From the NCBI GenBank assembly GCA_040220235.1, contig JAVJTO010000168.1: DNA of 64,000 nucleotides, one strand, 5' to 3'. The position numbers and the translations under genes were made by a program. Shown here one piece after another: positions 51,777 to 62,932 of the stretch (positions within the stretch are counted from its first letter, which is position 1; the number at the start of each line of letters is the position of its first letter). The DNA comes from Coleofasciculus sp. B1-GNL1-01. GTDB lineage: Bacteria; Cyanobacteriota; Cyanobacteriia; Cyanobacteriales; Coleofasciculaceae. The notes below the pieces were generated by a model that saw nothing but the letters and a program-made list of their open reading frames with translations, ran no database searches and was not told where the DNA came from.

Positions 51777-52298
51777 TTTTCATTCCTCATTTGTCAAGAG
51801 TCATTCGGTGGATTCACGTCTTGGGTAGACTCTTGGAGTATCGCATCTAAAGCTTAAGCTTTGGTTAAATTAAGATATTAAACTCTGGAGTTGATAGTAA
51901 TTAACTCCATTTTTACAAAAATTTTCCCTAATATTAACCTTTTAATCCCGATACAGAAAGTAAGATATATGGAGATTGACTAGGGACAGGTTATGAATAG
52001 ATTTACTGGCTACTCGCATCAATTACAACGGCATATTCGTCATCATACTATTCACTGGGTTTCTGACCAATACGGTCAACAACACAATGACAATCATCAA
52101 CACCAAAATTTTAAGTGCAATCACCAACTTCTAGAAAATTATACCCAAAGCTCAAATGGTAAAACCCTTCTAATCTAAGGCATTCAGCCCTCCCCATAAC
52201 GGGAATAATACAAGAGTGTATCCCGCTTAACACTTATCCCTGGATGAGGACTAAGTTGAGAGCTTACTCTGTTCCATTTCTCCCCTCTCCCTAGCTGG

Positions 52299-52514
52299 TT
52301 ACCACCTCTGTTCTAATTGCTCAACTTCCTTTTCTGTGCGTTCATTTGGGTTTGTGGGATTCCAGTCGGGAAATAGCCCAATTAAGAATTGATTGATGCT
52401 GGTGCGGGTGTTGCGGCTAGCATCATCTAGTGGTGCAGGTAGGACGCGATCGCCTAGCGTGATAAACAGCAAAGCTAGGATCAACAGGGGTCCTAGAAGA
52501 TTTTTGAAACGCAT
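52299..52514 (-). CDS. Small hypothetical membrane protein
   Basis: TM followed by GDRVLP...R..IN.FL.GLFP. Confidence 0.7.
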   Translation of the reverse strand: MRFKNLLGPLLILALLFITLGDRVLPAPLDDASRNTRTSINQFLIGLFPDWNPTNPNERTEKEVEQLEQRW

Positions 52515-52808
52515 AGCTCTACTCCCAGTCGCATAAATGAATTGTGCTTACTGCTAGTTTTCCCCTAGGTCAAGATAAAACCAGCATTTTTTAATCATTC
52601 TTTACATTATTAATTAAAACCAGGTTCCCTTGAGCCAAGCTAAGGGTCAAGTCAGCTTCCTCTGCTCCCTCTGCTCCCCTTGCTTCCCCTGCTTTTAGCG
52701 CTTAAGTTGACACCAATGCGATCAAACCCGCCCCTACACATTTCCCAAATCTAGACGCCGGATCAGATAGTGCGCTATGATTATAGGCTGTGATTTTTTT
52801 ACAAAACC

Positions 52809-53171
52809 ATGAATGCTCAAGAGGTTATTCGCTCCATAGAAGCCGAACAGCTTAAATCAGATTTACCGACAGTCCATGTTGGTGACACCGTTAGAGTCGG
52901 TGTCCGTATTCGCGAAGGGAACAAGGAACGGGTTCAGCCCTACGAAGGTACCGTGATTGCCATGCGTAACGGTGGCATCAACCAAACGATTACCGTGCGG
53001 CGTATCTTCCAAGGGGTTGGTGTAGAACGGGTTTTTCTGCTCCATTCCCCCCGAATTGCCAGTATTAAAATCGTGCGACGAGGTAAGGTGCGTCGGGCGA
53101 AGCTCTTTTATTTGCGAGAGCGTGTGGGTAAAGCGACTCGGGTTAAGCAGCGCTTTGACCGGGGGATTTAG
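52809..53171 (+). CDS. rplS: 50S ribosomal protein L19
   Basis: [25 protein letters not shown]. Confidence 0.98.
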   Translation: MNAQEVIRSIEAEQLKSDLPTVHVGDTVRVGVRIREGNKERVQPYEGTVIAMRNGGINQTITVRRIFQGVGVERVFLLHSPRIASIKIVRRGKVRRAKLFYLRERVGKATRVKQRFDRGI

Positions 53172-53263
53172 ATTTTTTTGGATATTGGCTTGGTATTCAT
53201 GCCCTCATTGCGTTACACTAAGTAAAGCAAAGGGGATAAATTCACCTCTACCAGCCAACCCAA

Positions 53264-53336
53264 GCGCTCTTAGTTCAGTTGGTAGAACGCAGGTCTCCAA
53301 AACCTGATGTCGGGGGTTCAAGTCCTCCAGGGCGCG
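53264..53336 (+). tRNA. trnW: tRNA-Trp (CCA)
   Basis: GCGCTCT/AGGGCGC acceptor stem, CAGGT-CT-CCA-AA-ACCTG anticodon arm, GGTTCAAGTCC; 3' CCA not encoded. Confidence 0.97.
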
Positions 53337-53490
53337 TTCTGAATCTATAAAATATTAAAAGGCTGGGGGAGCATCAGCGGTTCTACCCAGATCTTGCCAA
53401 CTTCACGGATGAGTGAAGCAGGTTAATATGAGTTATGAACGCTGGGTTGAACAGCTCTGATAATTCAGTAGAAGGGGGAAGTCAACTATT

Positions 53491-53721
53491 GTGGCAAAGA
53501 AAACTAAAACGGAAACAGAGTCTCAGCAAAAAGCCTCTGGGTTTAATGTTGTAACGTTCCTTCAAGAAACCAAAGAGGAACTCAGTAAAGTCGTATGGCC
53601 CTCTCGGCAGCAACTGATTAGCGAATCGGCTGCCGTGTTATTGATGGTCGTTCTATCAGCCACCCTAATTTATTTAGTGGATGGCTTATTCTTGTGGGCA
53701 TCACAACAGGTATTTGGATGA
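53491..53721 (+). CDS. secE: Preprotein translocase SecE
   Basis: EELSKVVWPSR + TM. Confidence 0.95.
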   Translation: MAKKTKTETESQQKASGFNVVTFLQETKEELSKVVWPSRQQLISESAAVLLMVVLSATLIYLVDGLFLWASQQVFG

Positions 53722-54335
53722 GTTTTGCAGCAAACGAATCATACGATCGCGATCCACAGCTCCAAGAAGCCCCATCTGCCCGTTGGTATGCGGTTCAGGT
53801 GGCATCCGGCTGTGAGAAGCGGGTAAAAACAAATCTAGAACAGCGAGTGCAAACCCTAGATGTCGCTGACCGCATCTTGAGAGTTCAGATTCCCCAAACA
53901 CCGACGGTAAAAATCCGTAAGGATGGGTCTCGCCAGCACTCTGAAGAAAAGGTCTTCCCTGGCTACGTCTTGGTAGAAATGGTCATGGATGATGAAAGCT
54001 GGCAGGTTGTCAAAAACACGCCCAATGTGATTAATTTTGTAGGGGCAGAACAGAAACGTCGCTATGGACGAGGGCGAGGTCACGTTAAACCGGTACCCTT
54101 GAGTCCAGGAGAAGTCGAACGGATCTTCAAGCACGCCGAAGAACAAGAGCCAGTGATTAAAGTTGACATGGCTGTTGGTGACAAAATCATCGTGCTATCG
54201 GGTCCGTTTAAAGACTTTGAAGGCGAAGTGATTGAAGTTAGCCCCGAACGCAGTAAGCTTAAGGCGTTACTCTCCATTTTTGGGCGAGATACGCCAGTGG
54301 AACTAGAATTCAATCAGGTGGAAAAAACAGGCTAA
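53718..54335 (+). CDS. nusG: Transcription factor NusG
   Basis: [31 protein letters not shown] overlaps secE stop. Confidence 0.97.
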   Translation: MSFAANESYDRDPQLQEAPSARWYAVQVASGCEKRVKTNLEQRVQTLDVADRILRVQIPQTPTVKIRKDGSRQHSEEKVFPGYVLVEMVMDDESWQVVKNTPNVINFVGAEQKRRYGRGRGHVKPVPLSPGEVERIFKHAEEQEPVIKVDMAVGDKIIVLSGPFKDFEGEVIEVSPERSKLKALLSIFGRDTPVELEFNQVEKTG

Positions 54336-54337
54336 GA

Positions 54338-54763
54338 ATGGCAAAAAAAATCGTTGCAGTTATTAAGTTGGCGCTCCCAGCCGGGAAAGCCAACCCTGCT
54401 CCCCCAGTCGGACCAGCTCTCGGTCAACATGGGGTGAATATTATGGCGTTTTGTAAAGAATACAACGCCAAGACCGCCGATCAAGCGGGAATGGTTATCC
54501 CCGTGGAAATCTCGGTGTTTGAGGATCGTAGTTTTACCTTTATCCTCAAAACCCCGCCCGCATCCGTGCTGATTAAGAAAGCAATCGGAATTGAAAAAGG
54601 GGCAAGTGAACCCAACCGCCAAAAGGTTGGCACGATTACAAAGGCGCAACTCCAAGAAATCGCCCAGACAAAAATGCCTGACCTCAATGCTAATGATATT
54701 GAAGCAGCCATGAAAATCGTCGAAGGGACTGCCCGGAATATGGGTGTTGCGATCGCAGAATAG
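54338..54763 (+). CDS. rplK: 50S ribosomal protein L11
   Basis: [18 protein letters not shown]. Confidence 0.99.
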   Translation: MAKKIVAVIKLALPAGKANPAPPVGPALGQHGVNIMAFCKEYNAKTADQAGMVIPVEISVFEDRSFTFILKTPPASVLIKKAIGIEKGASEPNRQKVGTITKAQLQEIAQTKMPDLNANDIEAAMKIVEGTARNMGVAIAE

Positions 54764-54823
54764 TCCCTGGGTTGAGGTTTAAGTGACATCAACCCGAAAT
54801 TGCAGACCGTTGTTAACCCAATT

Positions 54824-54858
54824 TGGGGGAGAGGCGAGACGCTTCGTTAGTCACCCCA
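54824..54858 (+). promoter_or_regulatory. Probable L1 autoregulatory mRNA hairpin
   Basis: TGGGG/CCCCA stem with GGAG internal loop next to the rplA RBS. Confidence 0.5.
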
Positions 54859-54868
54859 GGAGAGATAA

Positions 54869-55585
54869 ATGGCCAGAAAACTATCACGTCGATTACAGGA
54901 ACTACACAGCAAGGTTGAAGAGCGACCTTACGAACCCATAGAAGCCCTGAACCTTTTAAAAGAAACTGCGACGGCAAAATTTCCCGAATCCGCCGAAGCC
55001 CATATCCGCTTGGGAATTGATCCCAAATACACGGATCAGCAACTGCGGACAACGGTATCCCTACCCAAAGGAACGGGTCAAGTGGTGCGAGTCGCGGTGA
55101 TTGCTAAAGGTGAAAAAGTCACCGAAGCCACGAATGCTGGGGCAGATATTGCCGGATCTGAAGAATTAATTGGCGAAATCCAAAATGGGATGATGGATTT
55201 TGACCGTCTGATTGCCACACCCGACATGATGCCTCAAGTGGCGAAGTTAGGACGCCTCCTCGGACCCAGGGGCTTGATGCCCTCCCCGAAAGGCGGTACG
55301 GTTACCTTCGACCTAACCCAGGCGATCGAAGAATTCAAAGCAGGTAAACTGGAATTTCGTGCCGATCGCACAGGCATCGTTCATGTTATGTTTGGTAAGG
55401 CTTCCTTTTCTGCCGAAGACTTATTGGTGAACCTCAAGTCTTTGCAGGAAACGATTGACCGAAATCGTCCCTCAGGTGCGAAAGGTCGCTTTTGGCGCAC
55501 TATATTTGTTAGCGCCACCATGGGACCCTCGATTGAAGTCGATATCCCTAGCTTACGGGACATGAAAACAGCTTCCGCTGCGTAA
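54869..55585 (+). CDS. rplA: 50S ribosomal protein L1
   Basis: [23 protein letters not shown]. Confidence 0.99.
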   Translation: MARKLSRRLQELHSKVEERPYEPIEALNLLKETATAKFPESAEAHIRLGIDPKYTDQQLRTTVSLPKGTGQVVRVAVIAKGEKVTEATNAGADIAGSEELIGEIQNGMMDFDRLIATPDMMPQVAKLGRLLGPRGLMPSPKGGTVTFDLTQAIEEFKAGKLEFRADRTGIVHVMFGKASFSAEDLLVNLKSLQETIDRNRPSGAKGRFWRTIFVSATMGPSIEVDIPSLRDMKTASAA

Positions 55586-55634
55586 TCTGAACCGTTATTG
55601 TTGCAGTCTACAATCCAATAATTGATTGGCTTGT

Positions 55635-55770
55635 ACCAAAGACAGCAGGTGTTCATCACTTAATATCCTGCCGAGGTCAACGCCTGAAGTATCCACTGTC
55701 ACTTTACATCTAAACCAAAGTACAGGTATTAAAGATACTCAGCGTAACCCCGGCATGTCCGGGGTTTCGT
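55635..55770 (+). ncRNA. Ribosomal protein L10 leader
   Basis: CCAAAGACAGCAGG...TTAATATCCTGCCGAGG and CCCCGG/CCGGGG hairpin before rplJ. Confidence 0.8.
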
Positions 55771-55833
55771 TATGGCTGAGGGCAGGATTTTTTAACGGAC
55801 AACTATGAAAGGAAACAAGGAGGTGAAACAAGA

Positions 55834-56400
55834 ATGGGCAGAACCCTGGACAACAAAAAGGAAGTTGTCGCTGATCTCAAGGAACTCTTGAGTGATTCGC
55901 AACTCGCGATCGTCATTGACTACCAGGGACTTTCTGTGGCGCAAATTACCGATTTGCGGAATCGGCTGCGTCCCACAGGCACCGTCTGTAAGGTGACGAA
56001 AAATACCCTGATGCGGCGGGCGGTTGAGGATGATGAAAACTGGCAACCCATGACCGAATTCTTGGTCGGTTCCTCCGCCTTCATGTTAGTCAAAGACGAC
56101 GTAGGCGGTGCAATTCGGGCATATCAGGACTTCCAGAAAGCCACCAAAAAAACCGACTTCAAGGGCGGCGTCATGCAAGGTCAAGCCCTGAGTCAAGACC
56201 AAGTTAAGGCGATTGCCGACTTGCCGTCTAAAGAAGAACTCATCGGGCAGATTGCTGGTTCGATTAATTCCATCGCCACCAAACTGGCTGTGGGTGTTAA
56301 CGAAGTACCTGCATCCTTGGGTCGCAGTGTCAACGAAATTCCCGGGTCACTGGGTCGCGTGTTACAAGCGCTCGCCGCTCAGAAAGAAAGTGGTGGTTAG
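55834..56400 (+). CDS. rplJ: 50S ribosomal protein L10
   Basis: DYQGLSV, KNTL, LPSKEEL. Confidence 0.98.
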   Translation: MGRTLDNKKEVVADLKELLSDSQLAIVIDYQGLSVAQITDLRNRLRPTGTVCKVTKNTLMRRAVEDDENWQPMTEFLVGSSAFMLVKDDVGGAIRAYQDFQKATKKTDFKGGVMQGQALSQDQVKAIADLPSKEELIGQIAGSINSIATKLAVGVNEVPASLGRSVNEIPGSLGRVLQALAAQKESGG

Positions 56401-56482
56401 TACCGCTACTTGAAACGTAAAAAGCTTACCCTTCGACTACGCTCAGGGTGACACGTAAACAATCAAACAAAGGAGTTTATTC

Positions 56483-56887
56483 ATGTCTGCTACAACCGAC
56501 GAAATTTTGGAAAAGCTAAAATCCCTGACGTTACTCGAAGCGTCGGAATTAGTTAAGCAAATCGAGGACACCTTTGGCGTTAGCGCGGCTGCTCCTGCGG
56601 GTGGTATGATGATGATGCCCGGAATGGCAGCGGCTGGTGCGCCCGGTGCAGCAGCGGAAGAGGCGGAAGAGAAGACAGAATTTGATGTCATCTTAGAAGA
56701 AGTTCCCGCTGATAAGAAGATTGCTATCCTGAAAGTCGTGCGAACCATGACTGGGTTGGGACTCAAGGAAGCCAAAGATATGGTCGAGTCTGCGCCCAAG
56801 CCGATTAAAGAAGGGGTGGCAAAAGAAGCCGCTGAAGAAGCCAAGAAGCAGCTTGAAGAGTCTGGTGCTAAGGTTTCCGTGAAATAG
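56483..56887 (+). CDS. rplL: 50S ribosomal protein L7/L12
   Basis: [23 protein letters not shown]. Confidence 0.99.
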   Translation: MSATTDEILEKLKSLTLLEASELVKQIEDTFGVSAAAPAGGMMMMPGMAAAGAPGAAAEEAEEKTEFDVILEEVPADKKIAILKVVRTMTGLGLKEAKDMVESAPKPIKEGVAKEAAEEAKKQLEESGAKVSVK

Positions 56888-56940
56888 AACTCTGTTGGGG
56901 CAAGCCATGAATTGTCCCCACAATCGATAGATTGAATTCA

Positions 56941-56972
56941 TCCCCCGGATCAACACGAACGGGGGGTTTTTT
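56941..56972 (+). terminator. Rho-independent terminator after rplL
   Basis: CCCCCG...CGGGGG stem followed by T6. Confidence 0.75.
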
Positions 56973-57508
56973 CATTTTTGGGTTGGAAAAATTTAAATCG
57001 CTCAATCCCTTGATGAGTCAGTGTTTTTCTTCACTATTGCCCATTGCCCATTGCCTATTGCCTCTCCCCACCACAAGACTTATTCAGCAGCCCCTATATA
57101 TGATGTCGGTACACAGACAGATCCCCGACTTCTTGAAGAAGTCGGGGATCTTGCTTTGCTTACAGCTTACAAACTCTCCCCTTGTCAAGGAGAGGGAATT
57201 CTCATCCGGAAAAAATAAAAAAAAATGTGACAGTTAATCAATAGTCTACTGGCTGATCACAAACTATGAAAAGCTAACTATAATTTTCCATTATTTTAAT
57301 AATATTTACCTGTGTTTCTATGGGTATGGAGAAATTCAACAAAAAACGATCAAAGAGTTTTCCTGAAAAGCTTAATCCTTAAGATGTCTAAGGATTTTTC
57401 GCACATTTATCCATCAAAAAATCGATAAACCTGGAACATTGACTCGATTAAAAACGACTTGAATAGTAACAACGCAACACTACACCCTACCTATTGATGG
57501 ATGTTACT

Positions 57509-58039
57509 ATGAAACGCAACCTTAAGTCTTTTGTTACCTTTTCAACCCTAGCCGCTACCGCGATCGCGCCTGTTTTATTATCGGCTGATATGGCGTCTGC
57601 CAAGCCCACGGGAACTGATGCCAACTATATCGGTGCTGGTGTCGCCGCAGGCGTGACCAACGGTGGACAAGATAACGATGCCGCAACATTTGGCGGGAAT
57701 ATTCAAGGTCGTGTAACGACTTCAAAAGCGCCAGTTTCTCTGCGCGGTGCTGTTCTATTCAGCGATGATACCAGCGCCATTATGCCCATTGTTTCCTACG
57801 ATGTTCCTGTCACGAACAACGCTAATGTTTATGTAGGTGCTGGCTATTCATTTATTGAAGAGGATGGACAACCAACACCATTAGGAAACAAAAATGCGCC
57901 TGTGGTAACAGTCGGTGCTGAAGCTCAATTGGGTCGCAATATTGTGGTTTATGGCGATACAAAACTCGGTATCGAAGCCTACGAAGATAGTCCAGCGTCT
58001 GCAGTTAGCATTCAAGCGGGTGCAGGTTATCGCTTCTAA
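57509..58039 (+). CDS. Small outer-membrane beta-barrel protein
   Basis: Signal peptide, alternating beta strands, C-terminal GYRF. Confidence 0.8.
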   Translation: MKRNLKSFVTFSTLAATAIAPVLLSADMASAKPTGTDANYIGAGVAAGVTNGGQDNDAATFGGNIQGRVTTSKAPVSLRGAVLFSDDTSAIMPIVSYDVPVTNNANVYVGAGYSFIEEDGQPTPLGNKNAPVVTVGAEAQLGRNIVVYGDTKLGIEAYEDSPASAVSIQAGAGYRF

Positions 58040-58644
58040 ACCATAACGATCTGGTGAACTAACCTAATAGAGACGTAGCATGCTACGTCTCTACACTACA
58101 TATTTTTCTATACAGAAATAATATTTAACAAAAATTAATCAAGATAACCTGATCAAAAGTACGGATATCTTTACCATAAAATTACAGAAAACTTTGTTCA
58201 CTAAGATACAGCGCGGTTAAACTTGAAATAGAAAAGCAGCGTAACTAAATAAACAAGTATTGAGGTAAAGATCATGACTACTGAACTCAGCCAAGTTTTA
58301 TCGATGATTTTGATCGTTTCTGTTTTCTCAATTGTTCTGTCACCCGTGTTGTGCTGGATTCTTCCCAACCGCACTCCCAACAAAATCGTGTAGGAGAAGT
58401 GTTGAACCAGCTATCGGAATACTTTAACGCTACATCGACAGGCTCTCAACATCATTACGAGCAGGTACGAGCAAGCAGCGAATTCATCAGGGTCACTCTT
58501 TCATGAAACTTATAGATCTCTTAGCCCATCGTCTCCCGGTGGGTTAATGCTTTGTTGGGGGACAAGTGTATCAAAATGGCGAGACTTGTCAGAGTATAGT
58601 GGGAAGAACATTACGTTTTGGGAACCGTTCTCGGAACGCCACCG

Positions 58645-61600
58645 ATGTATCACAAGCTCAAACAGCTCTGGCTAGCTATTACCAACCACCAAGGCGATAA
58701 CCATCCGCGATCGCCTAATTCTCCTCTGCAAACTCCTATCCCCCTGTCATTCTACCCTGAGACTCAATCCCAAGCCGACAACGCAGACGAGATCCAGGAC
58801 TTAAAACGGATCAATCAGCAACTGCGGCGCGAGATTGCAGAACGAGAACAGGTTGAGCAGGTATGGCGAGAGCGAGCGGCTTATTATCGAAACATTGTCG
58901 AAAATGCCAATAGCCTGATTTTACGCATCGATACTCAAGGTACAATCACCTTTTTAAACGAATTTGCCCAACAGTTTTTGGGTTACCCGGAAGCAGAAAT
59001 CCGGGGACGTTCAGCGGCGGAGACGATTATCCCAGAAACCGAGACATCGGGACGGGACTTGACTACCCTGATCCAAGACATCATTCAACACCCCGATCAA
59101 TACCGCTACCACGAAAACGAAAATATCCGGCGGGATGGTAGTCGCGTCTGGGTAGGGTGGACGAATAAAGCGCTCATCGATGGATCGGGACAAGTGACAG
59201 GTATTCTCTGTATTGGTCACGATATCACCGAGCGTCATTTAGCTCAAGACGCTTTGCGCTTGATGAATGAACAATTGGAACAGCGAGTTGCTGAACGCAC
59301 AGTGGCGTTAACCGTAACCAATGAGCAATTGCGCCAGGAAATTACTGAACGTCAACGGGCGCAGGAAACGGAACAGCAGTTAATCGCTTCACTGCAAGCG
59401 GCGAAAGACCAGTTACAAGCGATTTTAGATGCTGTACCCGGATGTGTGTCCTGGATGGGGACAGATTTAAAGTACCAAGGCGTTAACAGTTATCTAGCTA
59501 AGACATTCGGATTATCCGCCCCAGCATTTGTAGGGAAGGAACTGGGGTTTATGAATTCCACCCCCGGATTTAAGGATTTTATTGCCCAGTTTTTTGCTAG
59601 TCCCCTCCAGGAAGCCAAGCGAGAAATTGAAACCTTGATTGGTGATAACTGTCGGTATTATTTATTAGTTGCCCAGAAATACCAACAGGGTCAAGCCGCT
59701 GTCTGTGTCAGCGTGGATATTACTGAACTCAAACGCACCGAAGAGGCGTTGCGGTTGAGTGAGGAAAAGTTTGCTAAAGCCTTTCGCTGTTGTCCCAACT
59801 CGATTACGATTAGCACCTTAGCAGATGGACGGTATATCGAGGTAAACGAAACCTTTATGCGGTATTCCGGCTATCAGCGCCAAGAGGCAGTTGGTCGCAC
59901 CGCTGAGGAATTGAATATCTGGGTGCATCCTGATGATCGCGATCGCATGGTTCATAGTCTACAGCAGAACGGTACGATTACGAACCAAGAATATGAGTTT
60001 CGCACGAAATCGGGCGAGATTTTAATCGGGTTACTGTCCGCTGAAATTATCCGCTTAAAAGGTAAACCCTGCTTACTAGCCCTCACCCATGATATTACCC
60101 AGCGCAAACTCGCCGAACGGCGACTTAAAGAGAGTGAAATCCAATATCGGGCAATTTTTGAAGCCACGACGGATGGCTTAATTATTAGCGATTTAGACGG
60201 ACAACTCGTGGAGGCAAATCCAGCCGCGTGTCAAATGCATGGCTATTCCTATTCAGAGTTTATCCATCTTGATCCCGAACGTTTTATTCATCCGGACTCC
60301 CATCCCATATTTTACGAGTATCTTACTGCTGTCAGACAGGGAGTTCCCTTTCAGCGCGAAGCGGTAGATTTGCGTTCTGATGGTACGCCGTTTCCCATTG
60401 AGGTACGGGGAACCGGGTTTATGTACAAAGGAAAACCCCATCTTTTAGCCGTGGTGCGGGATATTACGGAGCAAAAGCAAGCCGAAGTCCGGTTACGAGA
60501 AGCGGCTGAACGCGATCGTTTGTTGGGAGAAATTGCGGCTCGAATTCGCCGATCCTTGGATCTGAATGAAATTATGAATACGACGGTGGCAGAGGTGCGT
60601 CACTTTTTGCAAGCGGATCGGGTTCTGATTAGTTATATGGATGGGACGAGGCATGGCAAAGTTGTGGCAGAATCCGTGGCGGATAATTTTCCCTCCTGTT
60701 GGGATTTAGCCGTAGAAAATGATGAGTATCTTCAGGAATTAATTGCTTTATTTGAACATACTGATGTGCAAGTTATTAATGATACCGCTCTTTGGGCAAC
60801 GTCCCCGGAACGCGCCGAATATTTGGATCAATTTCAAGTGAGAGCCGCGTTAGCGGTGGCAATTGTCGTGGATGAGCAAATGTATGGCTTATTAGTGGCG
60901 CATCAATGCACAAGTCCGCGTCAGTGGCAACCCGTGGAAGTGGATTTACTGCGCCGTCTGGCGACGCAAGTGGCAATTGCGATTAAGCAGGGACGATTAT
61001 ACCAACAGCTTAGCGAACTGAATACGAACTTAGAGCATCAAGTCGAAGAAAGAACGGCACAATTGCAGCAAAAAATGCAGGAACTACAAGAACTGAATCA
61101 ACTCAAGGATGTGTTCTTACATGCGGTATCCCATGATTTACGAACACCAGTGATGGGGATGTTAATGGTGCTGAAGAATGTACTTAATAGTTATTCGTTG
61201 ACTGAGAACCAAGAATCCAGACCAAATGACCAAGGACATCAGACAATTTCAGTCTCGCGTTCTATTGTCGAGCGGATGATTCAAAGTAGCGATCGCCAAC
61301 TTAATTTAATTAATTCGTTATTGGAAATTCACGCCGCTGAATCTTATGGGATTCCCTGTGAGTGCGAACCATTGCAATTGAGTCAACTGATTCAAGAGAG
61401 TCTGACGGAGTTACAACCGTTATTGGTGAAAAATCAAGTAACGTTGACCAATCAAGTTCCCGATGATTTACCCTTAGTGAGTGCTGACGCCAAGCAATTA
61501 TGGCGAGTGTTTGACAATATAATCACTAATGCAATGAAACATAACCCGCCCGGAATTCACCTAACCCTGAGTGCGACGGTGGTGGAGGATACTGTTGAAG

Positions 61601-61845
61601 CAGAGAAAGTGCGCTGTGCGATCGCGGATAATGGGGTAGGGATAGAACAAGAGCAGTGCGATCGCCTTTTTGATCTCTACTATCGCGGCGCTTCTTCTCG
61701 CAGTTTAAGTGGTATTGGCTTAGGATTGTATCTGTGTCGGCAAATTATTAAAGCACACGGCGGCGAAATTGGCGTGATTAGTTCTCCAGGAGAGGGAACA
61801 ACATTTTGGTTTACTTTACTCACATCTTGTACCAGTCAAAGGTAA
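58645..61845 (+). CDS. Multi-PAS/GAF sensor histidine kinase
   Basis: About 4 PAS/PAC units (DITER), GAF, SHDLRTP, NAMKH, DNG.G, GIGLGL; start uncertain (TTG 58618 or ATG 58645). Confidence 0.92.
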   Translation: MYHKLKQLWLAITNHQGDNHPRSPNSPLQTPIPLSFYPETQSQADNADEIQDLKRINQQLRREIAEREQVEQVWRERAAYYRNIVENANSLILRIDTQGTITFLNEFAQQFLGYPEAEIRGRSAAETIIPETETSGRDLTTLIQDIIQHPDQYRYHENENIRRDGSRVWVGWTNKALIDGSGQVTGILCIGHDITERHLAQDALRLMNEQLEQRVAERTVALTVTNEQLRQEITERQRAQETEQQLIASLQAAKDQLQAILDAVPGCVSWMGTDLKYQGVNSYLAKTFGLSAPAFVGKELGFMNSTPGFKDFIAQFFASPLQEAKREIETLIGDNCRYYLLVAQKYQQGQAAVCVSVDITELKRTEEALRLSEEKFAKAFRCCPNSITISTLADGRYIEVNETFMRYSGYQRQEAVGRTAEELNIWVHPDDRDRMVHSLQQNGTITNQEYEFRTKSGEILIGLLSAEIIRLKGKPCLLALTHDITQRKLAERRLKESEIQYRAIFEATTDGLIISDLDGQLVEANPAACQMHGYSYSEFIHLDPERFIHPDSHPIFYEYLTAVRQGVPFQREAVDLRSDGTPFPIEVRGTGFMYKGKPHLLAVVRDITEQKQAEVRLREAAERDRLLGEIAARIRRSLDLNEIMNTTVAEVRHFLQADRVLISYMDGTRHGKVVAESVADNFPSCWDLAVENDEYLQELIALFEHTDVQVINDTALWATSPERAEYLDQFQVRAALAVAIVVDEQMYGLLVAHQCTSPRQWQPVEVDLLRRLATQVAIAIKQGRLYQQLSELNTNLEHQVEERTAQLQQKMQELQELNQLKDVFLHAVSHDLRTPVMGMLMVLKNVLNSYSLTENQESRPNDQGHQTISVSRSIVERMIQSSDRQLNLINSLLEIHAAESYGIPCECEPLQLSQLIQESLTELQPLLVKNQVTLTNQVPDDLPLVSADAKQLWRVFDNIITNAMKHNPPGIHLTLSATVVEDTVEAEKVRCAIADNGVGIEQEQCDRLFDLYYRGASSRSLSGIGLGLYLCRQIIKAHGGEIGVISSPGEGTTFWFTLLTSCTSQR

Positions 61846-61895
61846 GAACTATTGTAGAGACGCGCCATGGCGCGTCTCTACCAAATGATGCGTCT

Positions 61896-62177
61896 CTAGA
61901 AATTTTGACGATGCACTCGTACCCGTTTAGAAGGATTTTGCTTCTGCACCCAGATTAAGAACTTCTGCATTTGAGGTTCATTTTTTAGCTTATCCAAAGA
62001 ATTGAGTTCTTGGGATAAGTGGGTGTTGTCAAACAGAGAATGGATCTGCCGATGACAAGCTGAACAAATCATGGCGGTGGGAATTGTCTCGGCTTTTTTC
62101 TTCTTTGCCTTCTGTCGAGGAATTAGGTGATGAATCGTTAAACGCTCAACATCTCGTTCACATAATTGACAAATCAT
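61896..62177 (-). CDS. Small HNH endonuclease
   Basis: CQLC..HHLIP...CSACH..IH; the longer start at 62201 lies inside a MITE. Confidence 0.85.
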   Translation of the reverse strand: MICQLCERDVERLTIHHLIPRQKAKKKKAETIPTAMICSACHRQIHSLFDNTHLSQELNSLDKLKNEPQMQKFLIWVQKQNPSKRVRVHRQNF

Positions 62178-62186
62178 TGTTAGTGG

Positions 62187-62314
62187 TAAGCTGTCACGCA
62201 TTTAAATTGGGTATTAGTAGCGAGCAAGATGCAAAGCCTGCGGCATGGATTCGCTTAACGCACTACAAGGATTGCGTCATTATTGACATTAAGGTTTAAA
62301 TGCCGAACAGCTTA
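62187..62314. mobile_element. MITE, TAAGCTGT family, long form (128 bp)
   Basis: Reverse-complement homologue of 27952-28079. Confidence 0.85.
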
Positions 62315-62328
62315 AGCTATTACAGACA

Positions 62329-62820
62329 TTAAAGGGAAAGCTTTACAAGTGCATCTTTGACGGCTGACGGCAATTGTCGCAGAATCTTGCCTTTCTCCCG
62401 GTCAACAGCCACTAACGTCACCCGACCGGTTACATAGAGTTCTTTTGTATCGGGCGATTGAATCTGGTAATCCCAATAGATGCGAACACCGTCCATATCC
62501 GTCATCCGGGTTTTGACAATCGCGGTTTGACCCATGCGAAGCGGACGGTGATAACGCACAGAGAGGTCAACCACGGGTAATTCACAACCCATCGCCACTA
62601 AATCAGCATACTCGATGCCAATTGACCGCAAGCATTCTACCCGTGCTTCTTCCATCCAGGTTATATAATTACCATGCCAAACCACACCTGCATAATCGCT
62701 GTGGTGAGGATGCGCCCGCACCGGATATTCAAACCAGTGTTCAGTTGTGGCGGTTAAAGAATGACTTTGGATGGCGCTGGTGGGTGGAAGTTGAGCCGAA
62801 GATTGAGAATTGTCAGACAT
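62329..62820 (-). CDS. Acyl-CoA thioesterase (4HBT/YbgC family)
   Basis: D..GVVWHGNY..WMEEAR, hotdog-fold pattern. Confidence 0.9.
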   Translation of the reverse strand: MSDNSQSSAQLPPTSAIQSHSLTATTEHWFEYPVRAHPHHSDYAGVVWHGNYITWMEEARVECLRSIGIEYADLVAMGCELPVVDLSVRYHRPLRMGQTAIVKTRMTDMDGVRIYWDYQIQSPDTKELYVTGRVTLVAVDREKGKILRQLPSAVKDALVKLSL

Positions 62821-62932
62821 ATTGCCACACTAAGCGAGAACGTAACTGTTTCACTACCTAGATAACACAGGAGTACCCGTAAACTGCAAGCGGGAATAAC
62901 CGACACATTTAAATTGGATTTAGAACAATCGC

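Noticed and set aside
54332..56956. Antisense ORFs over ribosomal protein genes
   Set aside because: Shadow frames of highly conserved genes
58201..58383. 60-aa ORF with a hydrophobic tail
   Set aside because: TTG start with no clear RBS and no recognisable family; cannot be supported
60560..60990. Cyanobacteriochrome photosensor GAF
   Set aside because: The chromophore-binding CH position reads PERAEYL and no DxCF-like motif is present
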